Positions 23,616 through 35,497 of a stretch of 64,000 nt of DNA are shown piece after piece (positions within the stretch are counted from its first letter, which is position 1; each line of letters starts with the position of its first letter). Both the position numbers and the translations under genes were made by a program. The notes under the pieces are model-generated. The model made no database searches and was not told where the DNA came from. It saw nothing but the letters and a program-made list of their open reading frames with translations. Location: the NCBI RefSeq assembly GCF_006345805.1, contig NC_042998.1, positions 33,914,001-33,978,000 on the forward strand, given 5' to 3'. Source of the stretch: Octopus sinensis. Lineage: Eukaryota.

Positions 23616-25655
23616 ACTGCTAGAATTGTGGGTTTCCCTTACTCTCAACTCCATATTTCACATACTCAGTAAATCCTCTCTGGAATTTTTTTAACCTTTT
23701 CTTTGCCACTTTAACTCTTTTGTCACTATATTTTTTAACCAAAATACATCCCTTATGTATTTCAGTTACATTATAAATTACTCGTGAATTTAGACTGGTT
23801 TAATAAAACAACTCTCATTTTCCTATTTATCAACATGTTGATGTAAGTTTTGGAACAGAATTTAACAATAGGTTCTTAACCAAATTTGCTTCATAATCTT
23901 TGTCTCAAATCTAATTACAGGTAAATTCAACAAAATATAGAAAAGCACCCATGCTAGTACCACATTGAAGGCATTGGTGCTGGTGCCACATAAAAAACGC
24001 CCAGTACACTCTGTGGAGTGGTTGGCATTAGGAAGAGCACCTAGCTATAGAAATCATGCCAATGGAGCTTGGTGCTGCCCCTGACTTTACCAGCTCCAGT
24101 CAAACCATCCAACCCATGCCAGCATGGAAAATAGATGATGATGATGATGATCAGCTGGCAAAACCTGAGACTAAAACATATTCAGCAATTATTTTATAAC
24201 ATGTTCTCATATTGGCCCTTGTCTTTATCAAATTCATGGGACATGATTTTTATTTGCATTTATTTATCTTACAAGGTGCTTGGTGACCCTGTCAGTGCAG
24301 GTGCCGCGTAAAAGGCATCCAGTCCACACTGTAAGGTGGTTGGCATTTGGAAGGGCATCTGGTTGTAAAACCCCTACCAAAACTAACCTCGCCTGTGCTG
24401 GTGCCATGTAAAAAGCACTTGGCCCCCTCTGTAGAGTGGTTGGTGTTAGGAAGGGCACACAGTTGTAAAAATCCTTCCAAAACAGTCACTGGAGTCTGGG
24501 GCAGGCTTCTGCTTGACTGGCTTCTGTCAAATCTTCCCACCCATGTCAGCGTGGAAGGCAGATGTTAAATGATTATGATGATGATGATGATGATGAAGCA
24601 TGCCACTGTTCAGTTTTTAAGAAATGTAATCTCTCTCTCCCACTGGCAACTACTAATCTCTTACTCACACATCTAGCATTTCTAAAGTAGTTGACACCAT
24701 TGAAATACGCACTTGCTATTCCATAGTCAACCCTTTAGCATTCAGACTACTTTGTCAAATGTAGTGCTTAATTATCAACAATGTTTTGAATTAATCCTGC
24801 GTTATCTTGTGGCTTTGAGGTTTCCATGTTGCAACTGATTACTTTTAGAACGATATTGTGAGGTGGGTGTGAGAGGCTGAATCTGGTCAGTTTAAACATA
24901 AAACAGAATATTTTGACCGGATATGGCTAGTTTAATTCCTAAATAGATAATCAATTTCCCTCTTCAGTGACAAGAGGCATGGTTCTTACAGAACCAAATT
25001 AACTGAAGACCCTCTCATTTGTATTACACTCACCAATCATTTCGGTGTAAATGCAGTTGTTGCCCCTTGGGAGCTGGCAGAAACGTTAGCATGCCGGGCG
25101 AAATGCTTAGCGGTATTTCGTCTGTCTTTACGTTCTGAGTTCAAATTCTGCCGAGGTCGACTTTGCCTTTCATCCTTTCAGGGTCGATAAATTAAGTACC
25201 AGTTACGCACTGGGGTCGATGTAATTGACTTAATCCCTTTGTCTGTCCTTGTTTGTCCCCTCTGTGTTTAGCCCCTTGTGGGCAATAAAGAAATAAGAAA
25301 TTCTTTGATTATTATTTTTTTTTATGGTTTAGTCTGATGGGGAAGGGCAATGTCTGAAAATTTTAAAGAACCCCGAAGACTGGAAGGGAGAAACTCCAAC
25401 TCGTGGAGTGTTGCTGCTTCAGTGCCTCTAGTTAACCAGTTGCTTTTAGATCAGAGAATTCTTGCAACAGACTGGCACTTCAATACAGCTAGTGGTAAGC
25501 TACTTACCACACAGCCACTCCTATGCCTAATTGATAGAAACACTGAACATCTCAAAATAAATACAGTAACAAATGGATTAAATATTCTCTGTACTGTGTT
25601 ATTTTATTTGTTTCATAGTTGTTCTTTTTTTTTTTTTTTTTTTTTTTTCTTACAG

Positions 25656-25788
25656 AAAACCATTTACATTGGAATGGTGCGATGGTTTGTAATGTTTTCC
25701 ATTGGAGTCCTCACGGGGCTCATAGCTTGTCTCATTGATTATGGAGTGACATCAGCAGCGGGCTTCAAATTTTATCAGATCAAACACT
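25656..25788 (+). CDS. CLCN7: CLC-7 coding exon 4 (KTIYIGMVRWFVMFSIGVLTGLIACLIDYGVTSAAGFKFYQIKH)
   Basis: Poly-T acceptor TTACAG. Encodes helix B (RW...IGVLTGLIACLID). 133 nt, ending at the U12 donor GTATCCTTT, phase 1. Confidence 0.95.
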
Positions 25789-27174
25789 GTATCCTTTTTA
25801 AATTGCAATTACTATAATGTTTTTATTTTTTTTTCTTCTCTTACAGATTTTAGTCTTTGAAATGTGGCCATGCTGGGGCAGAGCCTTCCAGCACTTTTTC
25901 CAATCTCCAGTCTGTTACTTATTTTAACAGGTCGATGCTAGTGCTGCCTGACTGGTTCCCTGTGCTGGTGGCACGTAAAAAGCAGCATCTGAACATGGTC
26001 GATGCCAGTACACCCTGACTGGCCCCCGTACCAGTGGCACATAAAAAGCACCATCCGAATGTGGTCGATGCCAGTGCTGCCTGACAGGCTAACATGCCGA
26101 TGGCACGTAAAAAGCACCCACTATACTCTCGGAGTGGCTAGTGTTAGGAAGGGCATCCAACTGCAGAAACCTTGGCAGATCAGATTGGTGCCTGGGGCAG
26201 CCTTCTGGCTCGCCAGTCCTCAGTCAAACCATCCAACCCATGCCAGCATGGAAAGCAGATGTTCAACGTCAACAACGACGATGATGCACAGTCAGGTTTC
26301 CAAACACAGTGAACATAAATGCAGACTTCTTTGCAGTTTCTCTCTACCATTCCACATACAAGGTACTGGTTAATCCAAGTCTACCAAAGAAAACACTTGC
26401 TCAAGGTGCTGTGCACTGAGATTGATCCCAGAACCACATCGTTGTGAATCAAATTTCTTAACTCCACTGCTATGACTGCCTGTGATTTTTTTCTTTTATC
26501 TTTTAGACATTAGACTGTGGCCATGCTGGGGCACTGCTTTAAATGCTTAAGTTGAATGAACTGACCCGAGTATTTAATTTTCTGTTGGTCCCCTTTGCTG
26601 AATTGGGATGTAAACACACCAACACTAGTTGTCAAGCAGTGGTGAAGTTAAACATGTGTTTAACTACATAAAAAAATTAAAGAAAGAAACCAAGTTGCTT
26701 TTTGCAATTCGTCAAAGCAAAATGAACCCCCAAAATACTAACTTGGACTCCCGGGGTGTCATATGGACCCAAGTTTAGAACCACGAATGTAGAGATTTCC
26801 TCTTTCATGCTAAATATAATGTTTATTTACATTATTTACATTTGACAGATATTTGTCCTCATCTTGTTTGTTGTTAACACAATGTTTCAGCTGGTATACC
26901 CTCCAGCCTTCATCAGGTGTCTTAGGGAAATTTCGAACCTGGGATCTCATTCCTATGTTGTTGTTATTATTATTCCTATTATCATCATCATTATTCAGGT
27001 CACTGCCTAGAATCGAACTTGGAATCTTGGAGTTAGTAGCCCCACACTCTTAACCACTATGCCATATGCCCGTCAAATATAAATAATGTGCATAATTCCT
27101 CATCTCTTAAATATAGAACAGTATAATGTTTATTGTTTACCTTTTCTTCTGTGTCACCTTAACAAACGAAACAG
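25789..27174 (+). other. CLCN7: U12-type (minor spliceosome) GT-AG intron
   Basis: 5' splice site GTATCCTTT. Branch point CCTTAAC at 27157-27163, about 12 nt upstream of the terminal AG, with no pyrimidine tract between them. Confidence 0.93.
26810..27121 (-). mobile_element. Hammerhead SINE-like element, minus strand, with short inverted end
   Basis: Full reverse copy (CTTCATCAGGTGTC...CCATATGCCCG), then about 45 bp of the terminal sequence in + orientation. Lies inside the U12 intron. Confidence 0.8.
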
Positions 27175-27284
27175 ATTTTAATATATGCAACAGACATAAC
27201 TGTCTAGGGATAACATTTTTAATTTGGATTGCATTCAATGCAGGCTTCAGTGCTCTGGGATCCATAGCAACAGTCATCTTTGCT
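27175..27284 (+). CDS. CLCN7: CLC-7 coding exon 5 (YFNICNRHNCLGITFLIWIAFNAGFSALGSIATVIFA)
   Basis: 110 nt. Frame is continuous with exon 4 (phase 1). Donor GCT|GTAAGT. Confidence 0.93.
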
Positions 27285-27758
27285 GTAAGTCTATTTTTGC
27301 ATTGTTCCTAATTTATATTGTTTTTGTATGTAGGTTGTATGATGAGGAAGCAGAAAATTCTTAGTGGACGGATGCTCATCATCACCACTCTCGTCATCAC
27401 GTTTTTACATTTTTATTCCATTCTGACATGGGTTGGACTTCTTCAGGCAATGTTCTTCAGCCAAATGCCCTTTCTTGCTACCAACCAATGCATGTTTTGC
27501 AAGTATTTTTGTTCCACTGGTGCCACGTAAAAAAACCCACCCATGCTGGAACTACATAATAGGCAGCCATACTGGAGACACAAAATGGTGACATAGGCGC
27601 AGGAGTGGCTGTGTGGTAAGTAGCTTGCTAACCAACCACATAGTTCCGGGTTCAGTCCCAGTGTGTGGCATCTTGGGCAAGTGTCTTCTGTTATAGCCCC
27701 GGGCCGACCAATGCCTTGTGAGTGGATTTGGTAGATGGAAACTGAAAGAAGCCTGTCG

Positions 27759-27791
<33 letters not shown>

Positions 27792-29532
27792 ATGTGTTTG
27801 TGTGTCTGTGTTTGTCCCCCTAGCATTGCTTGACAACCGATGCTTGTGTATTTACGTCCCCGTCACTTAGCGGTTCGGCAAAAGAGACCAATAGAATAAG
27901 TACTGGGCTTACAAAGAATAAGTCCCAGGGACGATTTGCTCAACTAAAAGGCGGTGCTCCAGCATGGCCGCAGTCAAATGACTGAAACAAGTAAAAGAGT
28001 ATGTAAAATGCGCTGCTACCATGTAAAAAGCAGCAGTACTTGTGTCGTTTGAGAAGCAATGGTGATGGTGCCATGTCAAGAACTGGTGATGGTGCTGCGT
28101 AAAAAAGAACTGTTTGACGGTGCAGTTGTCACATAAAAAGCACCCATGTTTGTGTCATGTAATCTGTTTCAGTCATTCTGACTGCAACCGCACTGGAGCA
28201 CTGCCTTGAATGTGTTAATTAATAAGGCATTAAAACAGAATGACTCTCCCCAGACACAATAAAATTATTAGGAATTGTATAAAAAAAAAAACTGAAAAGT
28301 TTTGTGTATTAACCCCTTCGTTACTCTCTCTTTTACTTGTTTCAGTCATTTGACTGTGGCCATGCTGGAGCACCGCCTTTAGTCGAGCAAATCAACCCCG
28401 GGACTTATTCTTTGTAAGCCCAGTACTTATTCTATCGGTCTCTTTTGCCGAACCGCTAAGTGATGGGGACATAAACACACCAGCATCGGTTGTCAAGCAA
28501 TGCTAGGGGGACAAATACAGACACACAAACATATACACACACACTTATATATATATATACATATATACGACAGGCTTCTTTCAGTTTCCGTCTACCAAAT
28601 CCACTCACAAGGCTTTGGTCGGTCCGAGGCTATAGTAGAAGACACTTGCCCAAGGTGCCACACAGTGGGACTGAACCCGGAACCATGTGGTTGGTTAGCA
28701 AGCTACTTACCACACAGCCACTCCTGCGCCTATGTATTTATTTGGAGATGCTCTGTGTTTCTTTCAATTACTTTAAATATAACAAAGAATTTAGTTATCA
28801 TTCAGCTAGTATTAGGAACATAAATTATGACTAAGGTTTGGTGGAAGATTTTAATTCAAAACTTATGAAAATAAGACATTTGTACCCAGAGTCAGAGCCG
28901 GTTTCAGCCGGGTTGGTAATGAAAGGGTTAAAGAAGAATAACCAGTTTATTGGACATAATTTTAACAGCAAAATTTTATATGGACCCTCAAGGGTTATAT
29001 GTGCCCCAGTTGAGAACCACAGCATTAGCATTTAGACCGGTCATACCAAGGCAAAATATTCTACCTATTTTCTGTTCAACCTGGCCAGATCCAGTCTTTC
29101 ACACCTATCCTACAATGTCATTCTAAACATAAACAATCACATCATCGAAATCTCAAAGCCATGAAATAATGCAGGATTAATTCAAAACGATGGGAATAAA
29201 TAAGGATTAGATTTGACAGAATATTCTGAATGTTGAAGGGTTAAAACTGACTCTGTCTCAGCTTTGGCTTTCATTTTTCCTCAGAATAGTAGTGTTTAGA
29301 AAACTGGAGAAACAGTTGTTCTATCATGAATATTGGTGAAAAGACATCAAGGTAGAAAGACAGGAAAATGGCTATAAAGGGAGACAACCAAGGCAGAAGG
29401 AAATTCTGCTATGTATTTTAGTGTCAACACTTTGCTTTTTGCCATCCCTCATCAAAATATACATTTGATGGGCTTCAGCACAGTTTCTGTCTATCAAATT
29501 TCACTCCTCATGTTTTGCTCTTAGGTATTGGT

Positions 29533-29758
29533 AGTGAGCTGGCAGAAACGTTAGCACGCCGGGCGAAATGCTTAGCGGTATTTCGTCTGCCGTTACGTTC
29601 TGAGTTCAAATTCTGCCGAGGTCGACTTTGCCTTTCATCCTTTCGGGGTCGATAAATTAAGTACCAGTTACGCATTGGGGTCAGTATAATCGACTTAATC
29701 CGTTTGTCTGTCCTTGTTTGTCCCCTCTGTGTTTAGCCCCTTGTGGGTAGTAAAGAAA
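29533..29758 (+). mobile_element. Monomeric full-length Nin/Deu-type SINE (many other copies in the window)
   Basis: Head GAGCTGGCAGAAACGTTAGCACGCCGGGCG. 11-bp TSD TAGGTATTGGT (29522-32, 29759-69). Confidence 0.88.
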
Positions 29759-29891
29759 TAGGTATTGGTGGACGACAGTTGTGCAAGATCCCACAGAGTT
29801 GGAAGCAACTTAGAACCACATGAATGCTAAACAATTTTCTTAAGTTCCAAACTGAGTTGCCACTTACAAATGGATTGATTTTCTTTTGTAG

Positions 29892-30035
29892 CCTGTTGCA
29901 TCTGGAAGTGGGATCCCCCAAATCAAATGTTTTCTAAATGGAGTAAAAGTTCCTAAAGTTGTACGCCTGAAGACATTAGTGGTGAAAGTATTCGGCGTGG
30001 TGTGTGCTGTGGCTGGAGGTTTGGCTGTTGGAAAG
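29892..30035 (+). CDS. CLCN7: CLC-7 coding exon 6 ([48 protein letters not shown])
   Basis: GSGIP selectivity-filter motif. Canonical AG/GT, phase 0/0. Confidence 0.97.
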
Positions 30036-30619
30036 GTAAGGCACTGAATTTTATAATATTCTTATTTTACATGCATGTAGCCTTTCTGTGTCTGTGTGCA
30101 CACGCACACATGCAAAGGCTTACATGTTTGTAGGTTCCATGTAAAAAGCACTCGTGGTGGTGCCATATCTTGCTCTGGTTTTTTCTGTTGTTGATAACCC
30201 CGAAAATAATCAAATCTACCTTTTTATTATTTAAACACCTGGTCAGTATCTCTCCCTAATTTAATCATCAAATAGACTCATTTCCTAGCATCATTAGATT
30301 TTTTTTTGTACTACACACCCTTGTGCAAAGTACAAAAAACAACAACAATGTCAGGAAGGTATAGTGAAGGCTAAACTTCTACTGATGAAGCATAATAATG
30401 TGGAAAACATTTAGAATTGTCTCCCTTACTTGGTTAACCTAAGGTTAATATCAACTAAATAGTTATGTATTTCGTAATCACTCCATTCAACTTTACTGTG
30501 TGTATTTCAAATGTTGAAAGCACTGAAAATAAGGAAATTCAAACCTTCCATAACTTAGGTCAGTGCTTTTGTGTTTTGAAACTTTATAAATAGACTTATG
30601 CTACGCTCTCACCTATATA

Positions 30620-31021
30620 CAAGGTGGCATCAAAAAGTTCCTGGATTACTTATGTTTACTACAAAAAATAACATCATCTCCTTCAAAATAGTCACCTTGC
30701 GCAACAATACACTGGTCCCAGCATTCCTGCCATTTTTGGAATCCAGCCTGAAAGTCACTTTCTGTAAGGACCTTCTGCAATTTGCACTTGATCTCGGCAA
30801 TGGTGTTAAAACGACAACCTTTTGAGCTGCATTTTCATCTTGGGGGAAGAGATGGAAGTCTGCAGGAGTGGCTGTGTGGTAAGTAGCTTGCTTACCAACC
30901 ACATGGTTCCGGGTTCAGTCCCACTGCGTGGCATCTTGCGCAAGTGTCTTCTGCTATAGCCCCGGGCCGACCAAAGCCTTGTGAGTGGATTTGGTAGACG
31001 GAAACTGAAAGAAGCCTGTCG

Positions 31022-31058
<37 letters not shown>

Positions 31059-31879
31059 TTGTGTCCCCCTAGCATTGCTTGACAACCGATGCTGGTGTGT
31101 TTACGTCCCTGTCACTTAGCGGTTCGGCAAAAGAGACCAATAGAATAAGTACTGGGCTTACAAAGAATAAGTCCTGGGGTCGATTTGCTCGACCAAAGGT
31201 GGTGCTCCAGCATGGCCGCAGTCAAATGACTGAAACAAGTAAAAGAGTAAAGAGGTGCTAAATCTGGTGAATAGGGCAGGTGTGGAAGTAATGCCATGTT
31301 ATTTTTGGCAAGAAACTCACGAGTGAGGAGCGTTCAATGACAGGGTGCATTGTCATCGTGAAGAATCCAGTCCTTCACGATCCCCAGATCTGGTCACTTC
31401 CACCAAATTTCTTCCTTCAAATGCTTCAAAATGTTGTCGATTGTCCTCTGACGATCCTCCTGCTGACGAATTTCCTCCGCCTTTCCAGATGTGGCACTCA
31501 CGACAGGTCTTCGAGATTGCTTCATCACCTTCCAAGGACAGTCTTCCACTTTTGAAACCTCTGTGCCACTTGACACGTTGGGTATGACCCGTTGCCTCAT
31601 CGCCATAGCATGCTCCATGTTTCTGTAGTTTCCTAGCTTGATGCAAAGTTTCACATTGGCTCTTTGTTCCAACTTCCTGTCCATGACAAAATCGCAGACT
31701 ACGGCATACACATGATCACAAAAACACAAATTTCACAACTTGTGAAATAGACATAGTGATGTCACTTGGGCACACTGCCGCATGAAGGACACCACTAACT
31801 CTCACAGTACATTCAGTTGTGTGCTGCCATCTGTCTGTGCACTACAGAACTAGTCCAGGAACTTTTTGATACCACTTTG
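30620..31879 (-). mobile_element. Decayed mariner (Tc1/mariner) transposon with a nested SINE
   Basis: TA TSD. TIRs CAAGGTGGCATCAAAAAGTTCCTGGA / TCCAGGAACTTTTTGATACCACTTTG. Transposase remnants MDRKLEQRANVKLCIKLG, YGDEA...WHRGFKSGRLSLE and PYSPDLAP|ADFHLFP. Confidence 0.92.
30861..31252 (+). mobile_element. CORE-type tRNA SINE inserted in the mariner transposase
   Basis: GCAGGAGTGGCTGTGTGG head, CTTGCGCAAGTGTCTTC core and an internal (TA)n tract. Confidence 0.85.
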
Positions 31880-32309
31880 TACACATGTTTACATATATAT
31901 ATACACCACTTTAAATATATACACACATTTAAGTGTATACACACTCCCACCGACTGGCTCCTGTGCTGGTGGCATGTAAAAAGCACCATCCGAATGTGGT
32001 CGATGCCAGTGACGCCTGACTGGCTCCCGTGCTAGTGGCACATAAAATGCACCCGCTACCCTCTCTGAGTGGTTGGCATTTGGAAGGGCATCCAGCTGTA
32101 GAAACCTTGCCAGATCAGATTGGAGCCTGGTGCAGCCTACTGGCTTGCCAGTCCTCAATCAAACCGTCCAACCCATGCCAGCATGGAAAACAGACGTTAA
32201 ACGATAATCACAACATGCATACATTCATATACACACACATTAACCTACACCCACGTATAATGTTTTTGCATACACAACTTAACGAATATTTGCATATCCT
32301 CTCTTCCAG

Positions 32310-32393
32310 GAAGGTCCTATGATTCATTCAGGGGCCGTTGTTGCTGCTGGAATATCACAAGGCAGATCATCATCACTTCGATTTGATTTAAAT
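32310..32393 (+). CDS. CLCN7: CLC-7 coding exon 7 ([28 protein letters not shown])
   Basis: Completes GK|EGP (gating glutamate). Canonical splice sites. Confidence 0.97.
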
Positions 32394-32420
32394 GTAAGTA
32401 TTTCAATTTATTTTGCTTAA

Positions 32421-32991
32421 CCTTTCAGCATTCAGATTATTCTGCTAAATGTAAAGTTTATTTATTCATATTGCCAGCGCCGCCCCGACTGGCTTCTGTG
32501 CCGGTGGCACATAAAAAGCACCATCCGAACGTGGCCGTTGCCAGCGCTGCCTTAGCTGGCTTCCGTGCCGGTGGCACGTTAAAAGCTCCAACTGATCGTG
32601 GCCGATGCCGGACCCCCCTGGCACCTGTGCAGGTGGCACGTAAAAAGCACCCACTACACTCGCGGAGTGGTTGGCGTTAGGAAGGGCATCCAGCTGTAGG
32701 AACTCTGCCAGATCAGACTGGAGCCTGGTGCAGCCCCTGGCTTCCCAGACCCCGGTCGAACCGTCCAACCCGTGCTAGCGCGGAAAACGGACGTTAAACG
32801 ATGATGATGATGATGACGATTGTTTTGTATTAATCATGCATTATCTTGTAGCTTCAAGGTTTTAATGATATGGTTGTTTGTTTTTAGAATGACATTGTAA
32901 GGTAGGTGTGAAAGACTAGATCTGACTGTTATGACCATAAAAAAAAAGTAGAAAATTTCGGCTGGATATGGCTGGTTTAAATGCTATAGGG
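32421..32991. mobile_element. piggyBac-type MITE family B hosting a (GAT)n-tailed SINE (about 32472-32818)
   Basis: TTAA TSDs at 32417-20 and 32992-95. The nested element ends AACGGACGTTAAACGATGATG. Confidence 0.8.
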
Positions 32992-33537
32992 TTAACGTAT
33001 CCCTAAGAAGCTCAAACCCCATCCGTTTAAGTAATTTTAGGGTTCTCAGAATTTCAAGTTTGTTCTCCTGAGACTCCAATAGCCCCATAAAAGTTCAAGC
33101 TGTTATCTAATAAAGATGACCATCTGTAAAGAGAGCTTCAAAAGGAGTTGACTTGATTCACCAACAATTTCAGGCAGCTCATGCCATGATGGACTGATGA
33201 CGGGAGAAGTATTCCTAAAAACCGAACAGTCTTCATTAGATTTCAGTGTTCCCACTTGTTAAGTTTCTGGCACTGTGCCTATATTTTCAAATTCTTATTA
33301 TAATACTAATTTCAAAGAAGTTATTTCTTTAATATTACTTTTGGTTCTTATAGCTTTATGTAAAGAATTTTACAAGTGAAAATGACTCTAAGGGACTTCT
33401 CAAATTTTCAGTTTCTTTTGTCACATTTTGTCGTTCCTCTGACACTTTGTATTACAAAAGTCTCTTTTTGTTTTTATTGTTGTTGACAACAAAACATTGA
33501 TTAATTAACCTGTTGTCTTTTCTTATTCTATTTTCAG

Positions 33538-33696
33538 GTATTTGAATTCTTCCGTACAGATACTGAGAAGAGAGATTTTGTGTCAGGAGGGGCTGCTGCA
33601 GGTGTTGCTGCTGCTTTTGGTGCCCCCGTTGGTGGTGTTCTCTTCAGCTTGGAGGAAGGGGCCAGCTTCTGGAACCAGGCACTTACCTGGAAAATC
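33538..33696 (+). CDS. CLCN7: CLC-7 coding exon 8 ([53 protein letters not shown])
   Basis: [28 protein letters not shown] signature. Acceptor TTTCAG, donor GTTAGT. Confidence 0.97.
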
Positions 33697-33779
33697 GTTA
33701 GTTACTACTTTGCTTTCTAGACTCTAGTTTTTATCAGTTCTGGTTCATTGTTCGTTGTATGTGAATCAAGTGTTTTTGT

Positions 33780-34437
33780 GTGAATAGGGGATACCCTGTT
33801 TTGTGTGAACAGGGGATTCCTTATGTTGTGTGAACAGGGGATTCCCTATGTTGTCTGAATAGGACTTCTCTATCCTGCTATGTGAACATGTGACTCTCTG
33901 TTATGTGAACATGTGATTCCTTATGTTATGTGAACACGTGATTCCCTGTGTTATGTGAACACGTGATTCCCTGTGTTATGTGAACACGTGATTCCCTGTG
34001 TTATGTGAACACGTGATTCCCTGTGTTATGTGAACACGTGATTCCCTGTGTTATGTGAACACGTGATTCCCTGTGTTATGTGAACACGTGATTCCCTGTG
34101 TTATGTGAACACGTGATTCCCTGTGTTATGTGAACACGTGATTCCCTATGTTGTGTGAACACGTGATTCCCTGTGTTATGTGAACACGTGATTCCCTGTG
34201 TTATGTGAACACGTGATTCCCTGTGTTATGTGAACACGTGATTCCCTGTGTTATGTGAACACGTGATTCCCTGTGTTATGTGAACACGTGATTCCCTGTG
34301 TTATGTGAACACGTGATTCCCTGTGTTATGTGAACACGTGATTCCCTGTGTTATGTGAACACGTGATTCCCTATGTTGTGTGGACACGTGACTCCCTATG
34401 TTGTGTGGACACGTGACTCCCTATGCTGTTATGTGAA
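33780..34437. repeat. 25-bp minisatellite (ACGTGATTCCCTGTGTTATGTGAAC)n
   Basis: Exact 25-nt period with a homogeneous core and degenerate edges. 20 CACGTG copies between 33935 and 34415. Confidence 0.97.
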
Positions 34438-35042
34438 CTTGTAGTTGAATAAATGTGATTTCTCAAGTATTTGTGTGATCACATGATTCCTCATAAAACT
34501 GATTTCAAATCATGGCACAAGGCCAGCAATTTCAGAGAAGTGGGTAAGTCAATTATATCGACCCCCTCCCCCCAGTGCTCAACTGGTATTTATTTTATTG
34601 CCCATGAAAAGAGGAAAGGCAAAGGTGACCCTAATGGCATTTGAACTCAGAATATAAAACTGGAAGAAATACTGCTAAGCATTTTGTCCACCATGTTTCT
34701 GATTCTTCCAGCTCCCTGCCTTATTATTGTCTAAATATAAGGCATTTTGCCCAGCCTGTTAACAGTTCTGCCAGATGGGCAAAATGCTTACTGACATTTT
34801 GCCCATCTTTACATTCTAAGCTCAATTTCCACCAAGGTCAATTTTGCCTTTTGTCCTCTCAGGGTTGATAAAATAAGTACCAGTTGAACACTGGGGTTGA
34901 TGTAATCAACTTAACTCCTCTCCCTCAAATTTCTGGCCCTTTGCCAAAATTTGAAACTAATGTTGTCTATATTCATGTGTATGTTACTACTATTCTCTTT
35001 TTTGGACATTTAGCTTGTAATCTGTGTATGTGTTTCTCTGTG

Positions 35043-35497
35043 TTTACATTATTTACATTTGACGGATATTTGTCCTCATCTTGTTTGTTGTTAACATGTT
35101 TCAGCTGATATACCCTCCAGCCTTCATCAGATGTCTTGGGGAAATTTCGAACCTGACTTCTCATTCCTTAGGTATTTTTCGATGTTATTATTATTAAGGT
35201 CACTGCCTGGAATTGAACTCAGAATCTTGGGGTTGGTAGCCTGCGCTCTTAACCACTATGCCATATGCCCACGGGCATATGACATAGTGGATAATAATAT
35301 TAAAATAATAATAATAATAATTACATCGAAAAATACCTTAGGAATGAGAACCCAAGTTTGAAATTTCCCCAAGACACCTGATGAAGTCTGGAGGGTATAT
35401 CAGCTGAAACGTTGTGTTAACAACAATCAAGATGAGGACAAATATCCGTCAAATGTAAATAATGTACATAATTTCTCATTTTTCTTAAATATAGAAC
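35043..35497. mobile_element. Head-to-head inverted pair of the hammerhead SINE-like element
   Basis: Reverse copy 35043-35271 and forward copy 35272-35497 meet at the near-palindrome ATATGCCCACGGGCATAT. Confidence 0.88.

Noticed and set aside
25350-25817. 155-aa ORF as a single coding exon (similarly 57867-58103 and 61717-62067)
   Set aside because: Only the internal part bounded by splice sites matches CLC-7; the rest is intron read-through.
26002-26373. Recurrent ORFs with LQLDALPNANH or MPKVPHSGTEPGTMW across the window
   Set aside because: They are translations of high-copy SINE families, not a protein family.
33780-34437. CRISPR-like array
   Set aside because: The units are contiguous 25-bp repeats with no unique spacers, there are no cas genes, and the context is a eukaryotic intron.
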